Shown here: positions 14,035-27,706 of the stretch, one piece after another
How positions within the stretch are numbered: the first letter of the stretch is position 1
Layout: every line of letters starts with the position of its first letter
Assembly: GCA_951406725.2 (NCBI GenBank)
Contig: OX597815.1
Location: forward strand, 147,808,001 to 147,872,000
Direction: 5' to 3'
Source of the DNA: Octopus vulgaris
Lineage: Eukaryota
Length of the DNA stretch: 64,000 nt
Made by a program: the position numbers and the translations under genes
Notes under the pieces: model-generated
Databases searched by the model: none
Seen by the model: the letters and a program-made list of their open reading frames with translations, nothing else
What the model was told of the DNA's origin: nothing

Positions 14035-14471
14035 TTCTATTGTTTTCCTTGTTTCAGTCCTTTGACTGCGCCTATGCAAGAGCACCGTCTTTAGTCGAAC
14101 ACATGGACCCCTGGACTCACACTGTCCAGGCCTAGTAGCTCATCCTATCGGGCTCTTTGACAACTCACTATGTAACGGAAACGTAGACACTCGAAAATAT
14201 GTTGTCAAGCGAAGGTGGGGGCACTAATACATGTATGTATGCATCTTTAATCATTTATCTGGCACATTTGTTTCACTCATACTTGAGCAACACTTTGAGA
14301 GAAAAAATTAGTCGAACTTACCAATTAATGCCTGATATTTATTCTATTTGTCTCTTACTGAAGCGCTAGTTCACCGGGAGGTAAACACACCAGCACCGGT
14401 TGTCAAGCAGTAGAAGTGGGCTAGCACAAATGCACACACAATCTTACACGCACACATATGCGTACGCTTAC

Positions 14472-14524
<53 letters not shown>

Positions 14525-14660
14525 TGTGTGTATATACGCCTGCTGTGGTTGGCCCGAGGCTATAGTGGAAGACACTCGCTACAAGGTACCACGAAGTGAG
14601 ACGAAACACGAAACCATGTAGATGGGAAGCAAATTATTACCACACAGCCACGCTACCACC
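14035..14660 (-). mobile_element. Two degenerate SINE family B copies (3' half plus near-complete copy)
   Basis: tgtttcagtcctttgactgcg tail; ggcccgaggctatagtggaagacact core; ccacacagccacg head. Confidence 0.8.
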
Positions 14661-15144
14661 TACACACGCACGCACACACACAGACACATACACCCACACA
14701 CTCACATATATGTATATAATTATGTTTGGTTAAGAGTCAAAACAATGCAATTTATGAATGTGAAAAAGATTGTAAGTTGCAACTCGTATTTCAATATTTC
14801 AGAGTTATGAACGTTCCTGAGTAATTCTTTGGAGAAAACCGTTTTTTTTTTTTTTAAATCGCATCGACGATTCAAGTGTTTATGAAACGTGAGAGAAGAG
14901 AATATGTCAATATTGCATGTGCAGGTTGAAACGCAACTGAATATTTCGATGCAATTTGCTGATCATTCATGTTTTTGATCTTCTTAAATGGTGAGATCTG
15001 AAACAATAAAACGCCTCATTACACGCCAAAATCTGTGTTTATTGTTTATTTGTTGCATCTGCTGCACGGACCCGGATCCTGCGCATCCTATGTGGTAGGG
15101 ATACGCTTAATGTTTTTTGTTAGATGAATTGCTGGAGTATTTCT

Positions 15145-15222
<78 letters not shown>

Positions 15223-16679
15223 GTGTTTCTTCAGAATGGTCAAATGAACTAAATATGTCAGTCATGGTTTCTGTGCAATCTACTTAATCTTTTTATTTGT
15301 ATCAAGAAGCGAAGTTAAGCTTAACTGAGCAGAAAATGTCCAGGTTGAGAAGAAAAAAAAACCGTCGTGATAAAAAGAACATAACGATAATGAAACATAC
15401 GAGAATATCTTCCTGGCAATTTGCGAAAGGATTTTATTTCTATTTTTCTGTTCTTCTGGAATCAATGTGATGAAGTGTTTATCTGCTAGAGCCGATTATG
15501 ATAAATTCTGCCTAATTGATTACTGGTTTTTAGGATAGGGTCGATGACAAGAACAATGGCCATAATATTGATGATAGAGATGGTATGTGTCAAAGACGTA
15601 ACGCTGAAATTAAACGAATATTCATGTCTATGTGTTACGCTACTATAATTTATTTCATATTGACACATTGAAGGTCTAATACCGGTTACATATCTATATC
15701 GAATGTTCGCATCATGGAATAAGTTTTATAAAGGAAGCTCAAGACATGGCTGAGTCAGAGTGTATAAAGGAAATATCTACTTAATCATGTGGTGCACACT
15801 AAGAAATATGCAAATGTACTAATGACAAAAGGAAGCAAGTCAAATATCTACAAAACAGTAGAATAATGCATTTGTAGTCCCTGTATCACAAGAGATGAAA
15901 TTTTAATTTTAAAATTTGCAATAAAAAGAACTTCAAGGCACATATTTTAGAATTTAACTCAACTTTAAATGTATATTGAACGAATTAAACCGCATACTTT
16001 GAAACATTTCTTGAAATTTAAGATATTCTCAGAAATGTCGCTAAAGCTCAGAGAATTGCCGTTCTTAATTATACGTTTAGTCGTATTGAGGAATCTTTTT
16101 TCATCTAAATACAATGAACACTTACTGAACATTCTAACGCAGCGTCGGCCAGTTAGAGGCGTGATATATGAATTACTGGAAATGGTAGCTGCTGTGTTTC
16201 AAAAGCAAGCGGAAAATTTCTACTGATAGAAGTGAAATGATTACGAAATTAATTCTCGTGTAAGATCAACACACACCTGTGAATTTATCTGCAAGACTGG
16301 GGACTTCCAACCACGTTTTGTGCTTCGCTACTTCAACAGCTCCTTTATAGGATACAGTGGCTAAAAACATTATCAGGAGGAACCATGTCTGGTTTCGACC
16401 TCTACTCCTCTACCGTTTTCGACGTTGTGGGCCCTGCCTTTCGGAGGTGTCTTCAGGTCTGGTGTTGAGTGCGTTTCTTCTTTCTCTTTGTTTCTTCTGT
16501 TCCCTGGCCTCTTCGATGCAACGTGAACGACTGGTAGCGGGCGATTGATAATCATGCCAAATCTCTCTTTAAATACTCGCTGGTAGGCCCCAGCAGCCAG
16601 CGCCAGCTAGTTGCCACTTGACACTGTCTAAACTTCAACTGAGCAATGAAGGGGAAGGGCGTGTAATATTAGCCCTTTC

Positions 16680-17155
16680 TCTCTCTCTAAACCTGCCTTC
16701 CAGGTGTCGTGTTATTTTCAGTTTCAGCAGCCAGTCCCGACGAGATGTTTGGTGGTACAAGCCTTTGAACCAGGATGATGGAGCACCATAAATGAAACTA
16801 CTACCTGTCAATCACCGATGCTGCTTAAGTGTAATCCAGTCTCATCTAGCGAAGTTATTTCCTAGTCGGCATGTTATGGCTTTCAAGATATTTTTGGTCT
16901 TCTCGCTTCGGAATCTAGCTTTTTCGACTGCCTCCTATATCCTCCTTATCAACTTTCTCAGTTCTGAGCTAGAAAATGGAAACGTTCTTTTGAATAACGT
17001 TGTCATTTTCCTTTCAATGAAGCCTCTAGCGCCCACTGCCAGGTGGTAATCCTCGACTGTCCATCCCCGTTCTCTGCACTTTTCGATTAATTTTTCGTAC
17101 CTTTTCTCCTTCCGTTACTCTGCATTAGCGATGTTCTACTTCCATGTCAGTGTCA
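16680..17155 (-). mobile_element. Hero/R2-like RLE LINE endonuclease and 3' end
   Basis: Minus: ..W..NIANAE*RKEKRYEKLIEKCRERGWTVEDYHLAVGARGFIERKMTT...EAVEKA, cf. ELTVPWEE...RK..KY..L...C...GW......VG.RGF. Confidence 0.8.
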
Positions 17156-17329
17156 TCTCTGGTGTTTGAATCAGGGTTTGATTCACGAGAGTGAATGTTT
17201 ATTACAAAACGTTAGCCTGCGATTATTCAAGAAATTTCACGCGGTGTTGAAGTTTGATTGTATTTCAGCAACAACTACTTGGAAAAAAAATCTTAGTGAA
17301 AAGTCGATTTCCTGCTCACTATACAGTAT

Positions 17330-17690
17330 TTGACAACAAGAAAGTGTATTAATTTGACGCTCGGGAATGTAAGAAGGTCTTTTACGTTTCGATCCTACGC
17401 TCTTCAACATGAAGGGATAAGAGAAGAAAAGCAGAGAGAGAATAAAATCAAAAATCTTGTGGATTTACCGGTCACTCATGGCGACTGCTTGGAAAAAGGC
17501 AGTTGGATAGGAGAGCTAGCAAGAATGGGAAATAATAATGTGCTGGGGATCTCGAAAGGAAAGTGCGCGCGTGTGTGTGTAAATGAGAGTGTGTACGTGT
17601 GTGCATGTGGATAGGGAGCAGTGATTATGACCCGTGGATATGTGCGTGTGTAAGTGTGTGCATCTGCAATGTGTGGGTGTGTAGATGACA
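17330..17690 (-). mobile_element. PLE 3' UTR/pLTR with degenerate hammerhead-like motif
   Basis: Minus ATGTTGA-A-GAGCGTAGGATC-GAAA-CG-TA-AAAG at ~17379-17414. Confidence 0.65.
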
Positions 17691-18255
17691 CCACCGTCTT
17701 CTCAAAATCTTTCATCCATTGTTTGGGTGGGATAATCTCGCACTCCAACGCAGTACTGTTTGTCTTCTTTGCCAAGTGCTTTTTTCTGAAAGAGTTCACA
17801 GAAAACAAAAGTTCATAGCGTTAAGAAAACGAAAATTCAGGAAGGAAGGAAGAAGACAAGAAACAGTTAAAAAACACAGCAAACTATTCTGGCTGTCTTG
17901 GTACTCCTGGCCAACTCGGTAATCCTCTTAGTAGGCCCAGAAATCAGTCACACAAAAATGATAAAAAATAGGTACAATTATAGGCGGAGGGATACGACCC
18001 CAAAACACACTTCTCATCGCTAAGTGAGACTTTAAACAAAACCACAGGCAGACAAATGCGTGGAGCTCAGTGGAGATTTCTTCTTTGAAAACAATAAATA
18101 AACACGAGCTACAAACTCACACTGAATCCCCAATAAACAAATGTCTTACCTGGTAGTTACGCTTCACCTTTTCAATAATTCAGGACGTTGATATACAGCG
18201 ACGTGACGCCTAGCAGTGAATAAAAAGCACTCAGCAACGCATGCGCAAACTTCTT
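17690..18255 (-). mobile_element. 5' portion of an L1/Tx1-ORF1-type element (diverged relative of 51793-53759)
   Basis: AKKTNSTALECEIIPPKQWMKDFEKTVV aligns with MAEKELKKKSSALEWEINPPKQWLKDMEGKTMV at 53067; shared upstream GCGCATGCG-like motif and GTAAG donor. Confidence 0.75.
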
Positions 18256-18400
18256 AATACATATCCACGCCTGCGCCTGGTTATTTGTATTTCAAAACTT
18301 GGACGTTGGAAATAGAAATTATGTTATATAAACTGGTCTAGTCATAGTGTCTCTATCGCAAGAAACTATGAGTAGCTGTTATTTAGTATTGCGTACATAA

Positions 18401-18436
<36 letters not shown>

Positions 18437-18440
<4 letters not shown>

Positions 18441-18800
18441 AAGTTTGAAAACGCCACTATATAAGAGAAATTTTAATTTTCTTAGAAATTTTACATGTTT
18501 CGGTTCTTCTTGAAAAAACGAACCTTATCAAAAATATTTTAGAAAGCTGACTTATGTATTGAATAAATTAAGGAAAATTTTCCTTAATTTATTCAATACA
18601 TAAGACAGCTATTATGCTTCCTCTCCACAAAAAAAAAAACACCACGTGGATTCTGTTTAATTTTTTTTTGAAGAAGAAGAAGAAGAACCGAAACATGAAC
18701 AATTTCTAAGAAAATTAAAATTTATCTTATTTAGTGGCGTTTACGAACTTCTTTTTTATAAATATATACCCACTCGTACACGACTTACACTTATTATAAA
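18437..18800. mobile_element. PLE-type inverted pLTR structure between TA-rich tracts
   Basis: Arms ~18437-18515 and ~18675-18755 are inverted copies; internal palindrome 18545-18610; hammerhead fold on the minus strand. Confidence 0.75.
18488..18535 (-). ncRNA. Minimal type I hammerhead ribozyme fold (U3:A8 variant)
   Basis: ATTT-TTGATAA-GGTTC(13 nt loop)GAACC-GAA-ACATGT-A-AAAT: stem I ATTT/AAAT, stem II 5 bp, palindromic ACATGT stem III, GUA cleavage triplet. Confidence 0.7.
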
Positions 18801-21800
18801 TATATATATACATATATATAAGTATATATTCATATAAACGCACATGTATATATATATATATTTATATAAATATATGAATAAATGCGTATATATATGTATA
18901 TATACATGTATATTTACATAAATATATATAGCGAGAGAAGGGAGAGAATGATAAACGCTTTCTCTCCCTTAGTAAAAGTAATGATGATGACGATGATGAT
19001 GTTGATAATAACAAAAACAACAATGATAATAATAAATTATAATACTATCGAAACGATAATTATAACAAGAACGATAGCAACATGAATAAGAACAGTAACA
19101 GCAAGCTGGATACTGATATAACATATTTATCTTGTCCAGTGTTAGCTTAAATGTAATATGCATGTAAGACTGTGTTGAAATTACATAATTGGAAGCGACG
19201 CAAGTATTATGAATCGCCAATAGAAAAGAGATAGTACAAATATAGGCAGAAAACCACAAAAAAGAACAAAAAAATACTCATAAACCAAAAAAGAAATTAA
19301 ACAGATTTGCTGTATATCAATATGACTGTAGTCTGCTGAATCGATCAGGGGAGTTTATGTGACTCAATATTAATGCATTATTCCCAGCAGACAATGATAT
19401 ATATTTTAAAATAAATGTATAAATATATGGGTATACAGATAACATATATTGACTGAAAACAATAACAATTCGTCTATTAATCTGAGCCTTGGGAATGATC
19501 TAACATATGCGCACAAATACACAGGCGCTTGTATGCCCAATGGAAAATAAAGGAAACTATTGTGCGCGTGTGTGAGTGTGTATGTAATAGAGAGAGAGAG
19601 GGGGAGCATTCCTTGTATGTGAGCAGGAATAAGCACGGCATGGTTTCTTTCTGAATCTCTTGTTCAGTAAATACGTAGCTCAGATTGATATTTTTTCCAC
19701 GTGGAATGAACGAAGGGCAATTTGATCTCCGCATACGGAAATTCAGAACGCAGAAATTCGAAACAAATAAAGCTAAGTAGTGAATTCGTTTTTGTATTTA
19801 TTATATAACGATACTCAAACTGCGACAGTCGCGGTTCATTATGCAGAAGTACTGCTCAGTGTTTACCATTTGTACAACTATTCCAATATTATCACTGCGT
19901 GTCTAGACATGTTATTGGGAAAAAGAATAATATTAAATGTATGCGTAATTATGTAATTTTCATAATTTTACCTCACGATTGACCTTATATTTTGTCACCG
20001 TTGCGCTGGAAATCTCATTCAAATTTCTCTGTTCTCACCAGTCTAACTTAATCTGCAAGAACTGACAACAAAACATACTTGTAAAGCGAATTCGTTGTCA
20101 GCTCTTTATTTGAAAAACCAATACTTCGGCTAGTATCATTAATCTGCCGCAGTATAGAAAACAAATACGCAGAGAATGTCGATTAGTTAGTTCACCCTAT
20201 GACACGAAACACACCATGGCACTATCCAAAATGACTATTATTGAACGGTGTCATTACTAAATGTTCTCTTAAATTGTTTTGCTGACTTCAGACCTATAAT
20301 CTATATGGTTTGAATAAGAAAAATCCTGTGGCGAATTGTCACAAAAGCAGTCAAGTTTGCTAAGCTAAGATTATCTGTTGCTTCATGCAAATTAGGAGAC
20401 AGCTGTATAACTGGCTTGATAAATCACACATTTTATCGATTACACATGTCTATTTGAAGTAGGTGTTTGATTAGAGGAATATTTCATTACCTTTAAACGC
20501 AGTAACAACCATCATCAGTAGATAACATCAGCAAAATACAAAAGACAAAAAAGCTACGTCATAAATCCAGCGTCTGCATTTGCAGAAGTTTATACGAAAA
20601 TGTATCTGCGATGCATGTATCGATTTTGTATCAGCGTCATTGCCATTCTAAATGATATTACATTCATTATCGCATCATTATCGTCCTCATTACCTTACTT
20701 ATTCTTGTTCATTAAAATGTTACGTCGATGCAAGCACGCATGGCTAAGTATTTGAAGTATTTCATGTAACATAACCAATTAGAAAGTAGGAATGTTTCGG
20801 TCTTCTTTCAGAATACCCGCATTGAACAAACCGTCTCAACAATGGTTTATATAGAAAATAGTGTTGTGTTATAAACCATATTTAATCAGTTTGCATTCCA
20901 AGTGCACAGATGAATATAATTTATCACATTCTTGTAACATTTAACTTGATAAACACAGACACTAATTAGTTCGTTGAACTCCAGCAAGAGTTGCCTCAAC
21001 ACATTTCACCTGCATTCATAGTCTGTCGTAGAAATTGTAGTTGTATGCTAACATGTGAGATATTTCCTTTGTTATCAAAATTATTTTCAAATTTTAAGTT
21101 ATTTTGATTTTTTGCTATTATTTCTATGTTTTTTTTTTCAGCAGCTGTCTATCATTGTGACAATCACAGTATTGATTCGCAGACTTAAATTTGATTTCTT
21201 CAAATGTTTGGTTTTCATCCTCCTACTTATAGAAGGTTATGTTTAAAACGGATTTTGGTACGGTAGTCAAGGGTTTTACCTACAATATTTACGAGTAATT
21301 TGTACGAATATACATTTTGTACAAACCTGCGAAATAATGGTTTCTTTAAGAATTAAGTATCGTCAAATCTTGATGCAATGCGAAAATTCAAAATTTGGAA
21401 ATTTTCGATACATACTTTGGAACATGTAGAGCCGCATTTTGAAACCATTCTTCATATTTAATTCGTCTAAAAGGCGGTAATCCAACATATCCACAATCAA
21501 ATGACTGAATACCATACTCCTCGGTTATTGACCAAAAGTATTAAAACCCAGTTTTGTGCTTTTAACTATACGACTGGGAAATTTATATATTGTCGTTACA
21601 CGCAACATTTGCGTGGAATTAGGGCTCGAGCAAACAAGACAGTCCAGGGTGGACGTACGAAAGTAAGAAAATATAATTTTATCGATAAATGAAGAAAATA
21701 AATAAAACCTTTTGGTCAAACATGGGGTTGGTGGATTAACGCCTGGAAAAAATTTTCATATTGATATAAAAACAGAATTAGTCAGAGAAGAGAAAAAGTT

Positions 21801-22041
21801 GACTAGTACTATAGGCGTCTTGTGTCGAAACAGCAGAAGACAGAAAATCAGTCACATGTTGGCAGCAGATAGAAGGGAACGAGGATGAGAGAGAGAGAGA
21901 GAGAGAGAGAGAGCAGGGAAAGAAAGGGAGAAAATCTACAATTAAGTGTTAGAAGACGATAGAGAGGGAGAGAAGAAGTAGGGATGTTAGAAAAGGAATG
22001 TTAGGAATAAGAAATAAACGCATCCCCTTTATATATATATA

Positions 22042-22380
22042 TTGTGTCTGGGGAGGGAGGTAATTCTCTTTTAGTGCCTTATTATATAACACACACACCA
22101 GTAAAGTTTCAACTCATTTAGTTATTTATTTTTCCTAAAAGCTCTGTTGCGTCGTGCAACTTTACAATCGTCGTTGACTCTGTCCGGCCTATTGAAAAAG
22201 TTGCAAAACGCAACGGAAATTTTAGGAAAAATAAATAAGTGAATGTCTGAAAATTTTACCGGTGAGTCCGTTAAATAATGAAGCACTAAAAAAGAATGGA
22301 TCTCCTTAGACACAAAAAGTATGCTTCAACACACGAACTCACTTATAGAATCTTGCAAACCAAACCTTCCACATCCAAGT
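22042..22380. mobile_element. PLE-type inverted repeat next to (TA)n
   Basis: 22042-22168 is the diverged reverse complement of ~22191-22316. Confidence 0.7.
22188..22226 (+). ncRNA. Degenerate minimal hammerhead-like fold (U3:A8 variant)
   Basis: CCTA-TTGAAAA-A-GTTGC(AAAAC)GCAAC-GGAAATTT-TAGG; the stem III region is imperfect. Confidence 0.45.
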
Positions 22381-22567
22381 TAACACAGAACTTACTAGAT
22401 CTATGAATTAAATTTTATATTATTAAATTTTTTAGAATTAAATTAAACTGATTAGAACTACCGGTGAAGTAATTATATTTTTCTTTTTTTCAAATATTCC
22501 CAACTGTACCAAGGATCCCACACATTTTCCAATACACACACACTCACACATCACCTATGTGTGTGTG

Positions 22568-22616
<49 letters not shown>

Positions 22617-23805
22617 ATGTATATATACAAGACAAGGAAAAATAATGGTCAATACATATTTTCCTTTATTGTAGTAAATTTGACTTACAGCTGTCTCCAT
22701 TAGTCCTCATGTCGTGCAGATAACCTCAACAGGTAATATAAACCACAGTGTAACATTGTAGAACACTGTTGTCACTTATAATAACACTTAATACATTCCA
22801 TAATATATCATGTTTGCATAAAATTCCGCGTCCCAATGTCATTAATATTTACCAGCTTCCAGGAGTGCTCGATATTTAAAACTTAGATATCGAATAACGT
22901 TACTCTGCTGTATTTAGTGGCTAGTTAAGCGATGTGTTTGTGGCTGATTAAGGGTTTAGATGGGTGCCGAAGAAGGAGCAAAATCTCCTGACATATTGTA
23001 TATACGTCCATTACTATTCTCTCACCTTCAATTTCATTGTTCTTTTATATCTAAAGCCTCAATTTCGAAACGCCGTAAAGAAATCAGTACTGGAAAAAAT
23101 TTCAATAGAATATATTTAGAGATAATATTAACAGCAATATTTTTATCAATCCGAACAAAATACTTTATAAGCTCTCTGTTAGTACACCTGACTAAAAATA
23201 ATCTTGCTAATTCCAAGCGAAACTGGCTTGCTAGTATAGTCATAGAATGTAATTTTGTCGATCTAAGGGGATATAACTCTCGTTTCTAGTTATGTAGGTG
23301 CTATCTGCACCCTAAGTCACTATAAGAAACAGCTGAATTCTTCCAATCTGGTGTTGTATTGTCTCTAGCTGCCTTCGTTATTTTATAATTTTCACACACA
23401 CACAGGACACACATACAAACATATATACATACACAGGCACACGAACACGTACACACATACACACAAATACACACACACACATGAAAACTTAACATTTTGC
23501 TGAATCAGCCATTGATTTATGCTATATACTGACTGGTAGGATTTAACTTAACAATCACCGATGTAGTATTAACTACTGACGAGTTCTAATTCCAAGCGAA
23601 TCAATCTTGCGAGTATAGTAAAGACGCTTACTTTGGGGCGGTTATCACCCCTGTCAGTGCATAGAATGTGCATTTTGTTGTTATAGGAATCATTGACTCC
23701 TGTCTCTATCAATGTAGTTGTTTACCCTACACAGTCATTACTAGTAATAAATGAATTTTTCCCCTCTAGTTTTATATTGCGTCCAGCCACCTTTGTTATT
23801 TTGGC

Positions 23806-23854
<49 letters not shown>

Positions 23855-23856
<2 letters not shown>

Positions 23857-24030
23857 CGAAAATTCACAAAAAAAAATCAAACGATGAAGACAAGTGTTGT
23901 AGGCAACAAACAGATGTATTTGTATAAGTCTCGGGAAGTGAAAAAGCCTTTAAAATTTCGAGTCTCCACTCTTCCAGAGAAAAGAACGCAGAAAGAAAGA
24001 AGAGAAAATAAAGAATGTGTCGTGGCTAGC

Positions 24031-24035
<5 letters not shown>
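23855..24035 (-). mobile_element. PLE pLTR fragment between (TA)n and (CT)n
   Basis: Homologous to 9832-9975 and 17330-17485. Confidence 0.6.
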
Positions 24036-24118
<83 letters not shown>

Positions 24119-24946
24119 CATACATATATATATATGTGTGTGTATGTCTGTATATGACTTTTGTGTGAGTGTGTAAATGACTATATATATATATATTTGA
24201 AATGTGAATTCTATATTGGAATATTCTCATTTTTAAGCATATTCATGCGTCATTATTTATTCATGAAACCTATAACTAAGAATTTCATAATAACTTGGTC
24301 CATTAGCTGCATGTTTAATTTCAACAAATCCCAAACATTTTCATTTGATGATGGCCGCTCTGTTTTCCCTTTAATAATGAATTATTAAATAGAAAGATAA
24401 ACATATATAACATTATATATCAATATTTGGATAAGAAAGTTTTTTCTTTCCAACAAGGGAATTATATCTGCCTTGCAATAAATATTGTAATACCTACATA
24501 TAGGTATGCATATATATGTAAGGATGTAAATGTGTTTATAAATTTACATACATATATACATGTACATAAGTGGTTGTGTGTAGTTGTGTGTGTATGTGCG
24601 TGGGCGTGTGTGTTAGTGCGTGTATAGTGTTTTGATTCAGTCTCCCTGTAAAGCATTTGAATTTATGGCTCTTTGCCAAAATACATATTGAAGTACAGAA
24701 CATATGTCTATGAAATATTATGTAGAATAACACCGAATCATATAATGGCGCACACAAATTGAAGTTTTCATTTGCATAGGAAATTCTATATCAAATTATA
24801 TTAACGCCGTGTTACTTCTGATTTCGAAAACTGTTTATGTTACTGATAATAATCACAAACGCCCGCACACAGGCCCACAATGTGCACTCCCCCCCCACAC
24901 TCAAACACGCTCAAAAACACACTCGCAAGACACTCATAAACACACA

Positions 24947-24982
<36 letters not shown>

Positions 24983-26139
24983 GCTAAATTGTTCATTTTT
25001 ACCAGTCGCAGTTTACACCTGCTCAGCTGAGCAAATAATGACCATTATTTATTCAAAGGACCATTATTTTATTCAAACTACTCAAATTAAGGAGATTATT
25101 TTATTACCGTTTAAGTTACAAATTTTTTTTTTCTTGTCGTACGAAAGATAGTTGATGTAGCAATTTTACAAAGAGTGGAAGCTTTGGGGTGTAATTTTAT
25201 GTAGCTGGTGTACATACACCCCTTTTCCTTTACTATCCGTTGTTCGTGTAGTCTCTGGGGCGTTCCTTAATGATATTGCAGCGAGATATCGCTTGGGATA
25301 TGTAAGCAATTATTAGAGTTGGTTGGGGTTTATTCCTCCGCTATCCAGCTAAGCATTGTCGTCTTGTTTCGACCGGCAGATCACATTCTTCTGCCCTCCC
25401 GCTTAGTCTGTTAAGAGTTTAATTTTTTTCTCTTCCGCCTGCTTACTACGTTTGTCTGCTAGTTGAAATACTCTTTCTGTTATATATTTCTGTTGCAATT
25501 ATTTTCCGTTTGTTGTATAAATCTTTAACTGTTGCACTAAAGTTATGTTCGTCCGATAGTCGAAGGACCCCTTCTGTTATTTATTTATTCGTATTTGTAA
25601 ATATACAATTATTTTCATGCGTTTGTATAACCGAAAGGCGTTCTGTTGTATGTGTATAATTCTAGCTTTCTCGCTTTTTTCCGTTCTTGTTTTATTCTTG
25701 TATATATTCGTTTGCTTTTCCCAGTGGTTTAATTTCGCTTAGCTCCCTGGCTTCTGCTTGATTCAAATAGTCTCGGCATAGAGGGGTGCAAAATTAATGT
25801 CTTTCCAGAAACCGACTGCAGAGGAAATCCTCTGCGAAAGGTCCGTGTACCTTATATCAGTCTTGTTAGCCGTTCGTTATATTATCGACTATTTTTCGTA
25901 TGCTGTGTTTTATTTGATTTACGCTTATGTTGTTCTAGTCCTACATTTGATTGACGTATATATACAACAACCTGAAACTTGTAACATCAAACTTGCAACA
26001 CAGATGTTGAAACAGTGGGGTCTTCTTTTAAAAATACTGTATTTGAGTCATCTTGTGAAACACTCAGGAATGTTAAGAGGAAGCACCAAGATTGGTTCGA
26101 CCCAAATGTTCCAAGTATTTGTCTTCTTTTGAACAATAT

Positions 26140-27110
26140 ACATAAGTGCCAACGTCAATAGATGTCAAATGAAAAAATAAAGCCACAAAACGCAACGCGT
26201 TTAAAGATTACCAGAAATACATGCCAATCAGAACTGAGACAACTGAAACTGTCATGGTGGCAAAAGAATGCCCAATTTCAAGATGATCCGGGTGGATTTG
26301 AAATTAAGTCATTCCATCAGAATTTTAAGGGTGTTTTTGGACTTTGTGTTATGACTCAACACCGGTACTTTCCATTGAATGTACTCCATAGACTGACTGG
26401 CAAAAACAGACCACGAAGAGCTGGGAAGGGTATTTTTTCAAATGTTCTGAATTTCGACTCAAATTTTGATGAAGAACTGATTAACAACCTACCACAGAGG
26501 ACTGTCGTCAATCTGCTGCTTCATCAAATGTTGAGGTAAAAAGACCACGAATAGCTCATGAATGGGACATCATCATGAAACAATGGGATATCAGGGATTA
26601 AGTCGATTACATTGACCCCAGTGTATAACAGGTACTTATTTAATCGACCACGAAAGGATGAAAGGCAAAGTCGACCTCGGCGGAATTTGAACTCAGAACG
26701 TAACGGCAGACGAAGTAGCGCTATGTATTTCGCCTGGCGTGTTAACGTTTCTGCCAGCTCGCCACCTTTCCCTGTCTATAATTGGACGAAAAAGTTTGTT
26801 CTTACACTGCTTTTAGTTGCTTTGTAATTCTCCGTCACGCTGGAAATAGCATTCAAGTGTGTTAAAGAAAGAGTAAAGCTTGAGTATAGGGCCGATGTTG
26901 TTGTTCAGCCAACAGGACTTCAAAGCACAAAAAGTATAAAAACACAGGTGCAGTAGATTCGAAACAAATCGCGTCCACTCGGAAAACACGTAGTAAATGT
27001 TCCACAAGCCCTCGGAGATATTTAATCCTCAACTTGTTCAACATGCCAAACGGATTGCACGGCACGAGCAGGCCATAAGAGAGACGAATATGTGCCTATA
27101 CAGCATGATT
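26140..27110 (+). mobile_element. RTE-clade LINE remnant interrupted by a SINE
   Basis: QSELRQLKLSWWQKNAQ...KSFHQNFKGVFG...FSNVLN resembles the RTE linker (LR.MK..WW..KA...FY..LK.VYG). Confidence 0.6.
26595..26768 (-). mobile_element. SINE family A
   Basis: aaaggatgaaaggcaaagtcgacctcggcggaatttgaactcagaacg...ctgccagctcgcc. Confidence 0.9.
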
Positions 27111-27253
27111 ACCGCTATATTTTTTTTTATTTTACTGAAACGTGATCCGTCGTTCACGAGAGGTAATGCATCATACACACACGCATACATTCATACACAC
27201 ACACACGCACGCGCGTACACACACATAGATATATATTTATAAATATATACATA

Positions 27254-27669
27254 TATTGGGTTACTTAGAATGTAATTTCGGCTTTTTAGTGTGAAATAAA
27301 AGTAATTTTTTTCCGTACAAAGAATTAACTTTAATCAATTATATATTTTCCATTTTCTTCAATGACTCTTCATCGTCGTTCTGACAACTTCCTGATTCTG
27401 CACCCATAGAACTTCTGGCCCTTCTCAGCCCAAAACTGTACCAAATGCGATTTCAAATCATCATCATTATTGCAAGTTTTACCATTCAAAGAAATTTGCA
27501 AGCTTCGAAATAAATGGTAAACTGAGAGTGCAAGGTTAGGGCTATATTGTGGATGTCACCTCAATTCCCAACGAAGTTCCAATACTTTTTCACGAGTTAA
27601 CAAATACGTGTGTGGTCTAGCGTTGTCATAATGGAACACAATTCCTATACCGTTTACCAATTCACAGGA

Positions 27670-27670
<1 letters not shown>
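27254..27670 (-). mobile_element. mariner transposase 3' remnant with TIR
   Basis: Minus: VFHYDNARPHT...YSPNLALSVYHLFRSLQISLNGK...ENGKYIID*; ta-ttgggtt TIR-like end. Confidence 0.9.

Positions 27671-27706
<36 letters not shown>

Noticed and set aside
15533-15581. Possible 49-nt plus-strand exon (ttttag|GATAGG...GAGATG|gtatgt)
   Set aside because: Splice signals are plausible, but no partner exons or homology support it.
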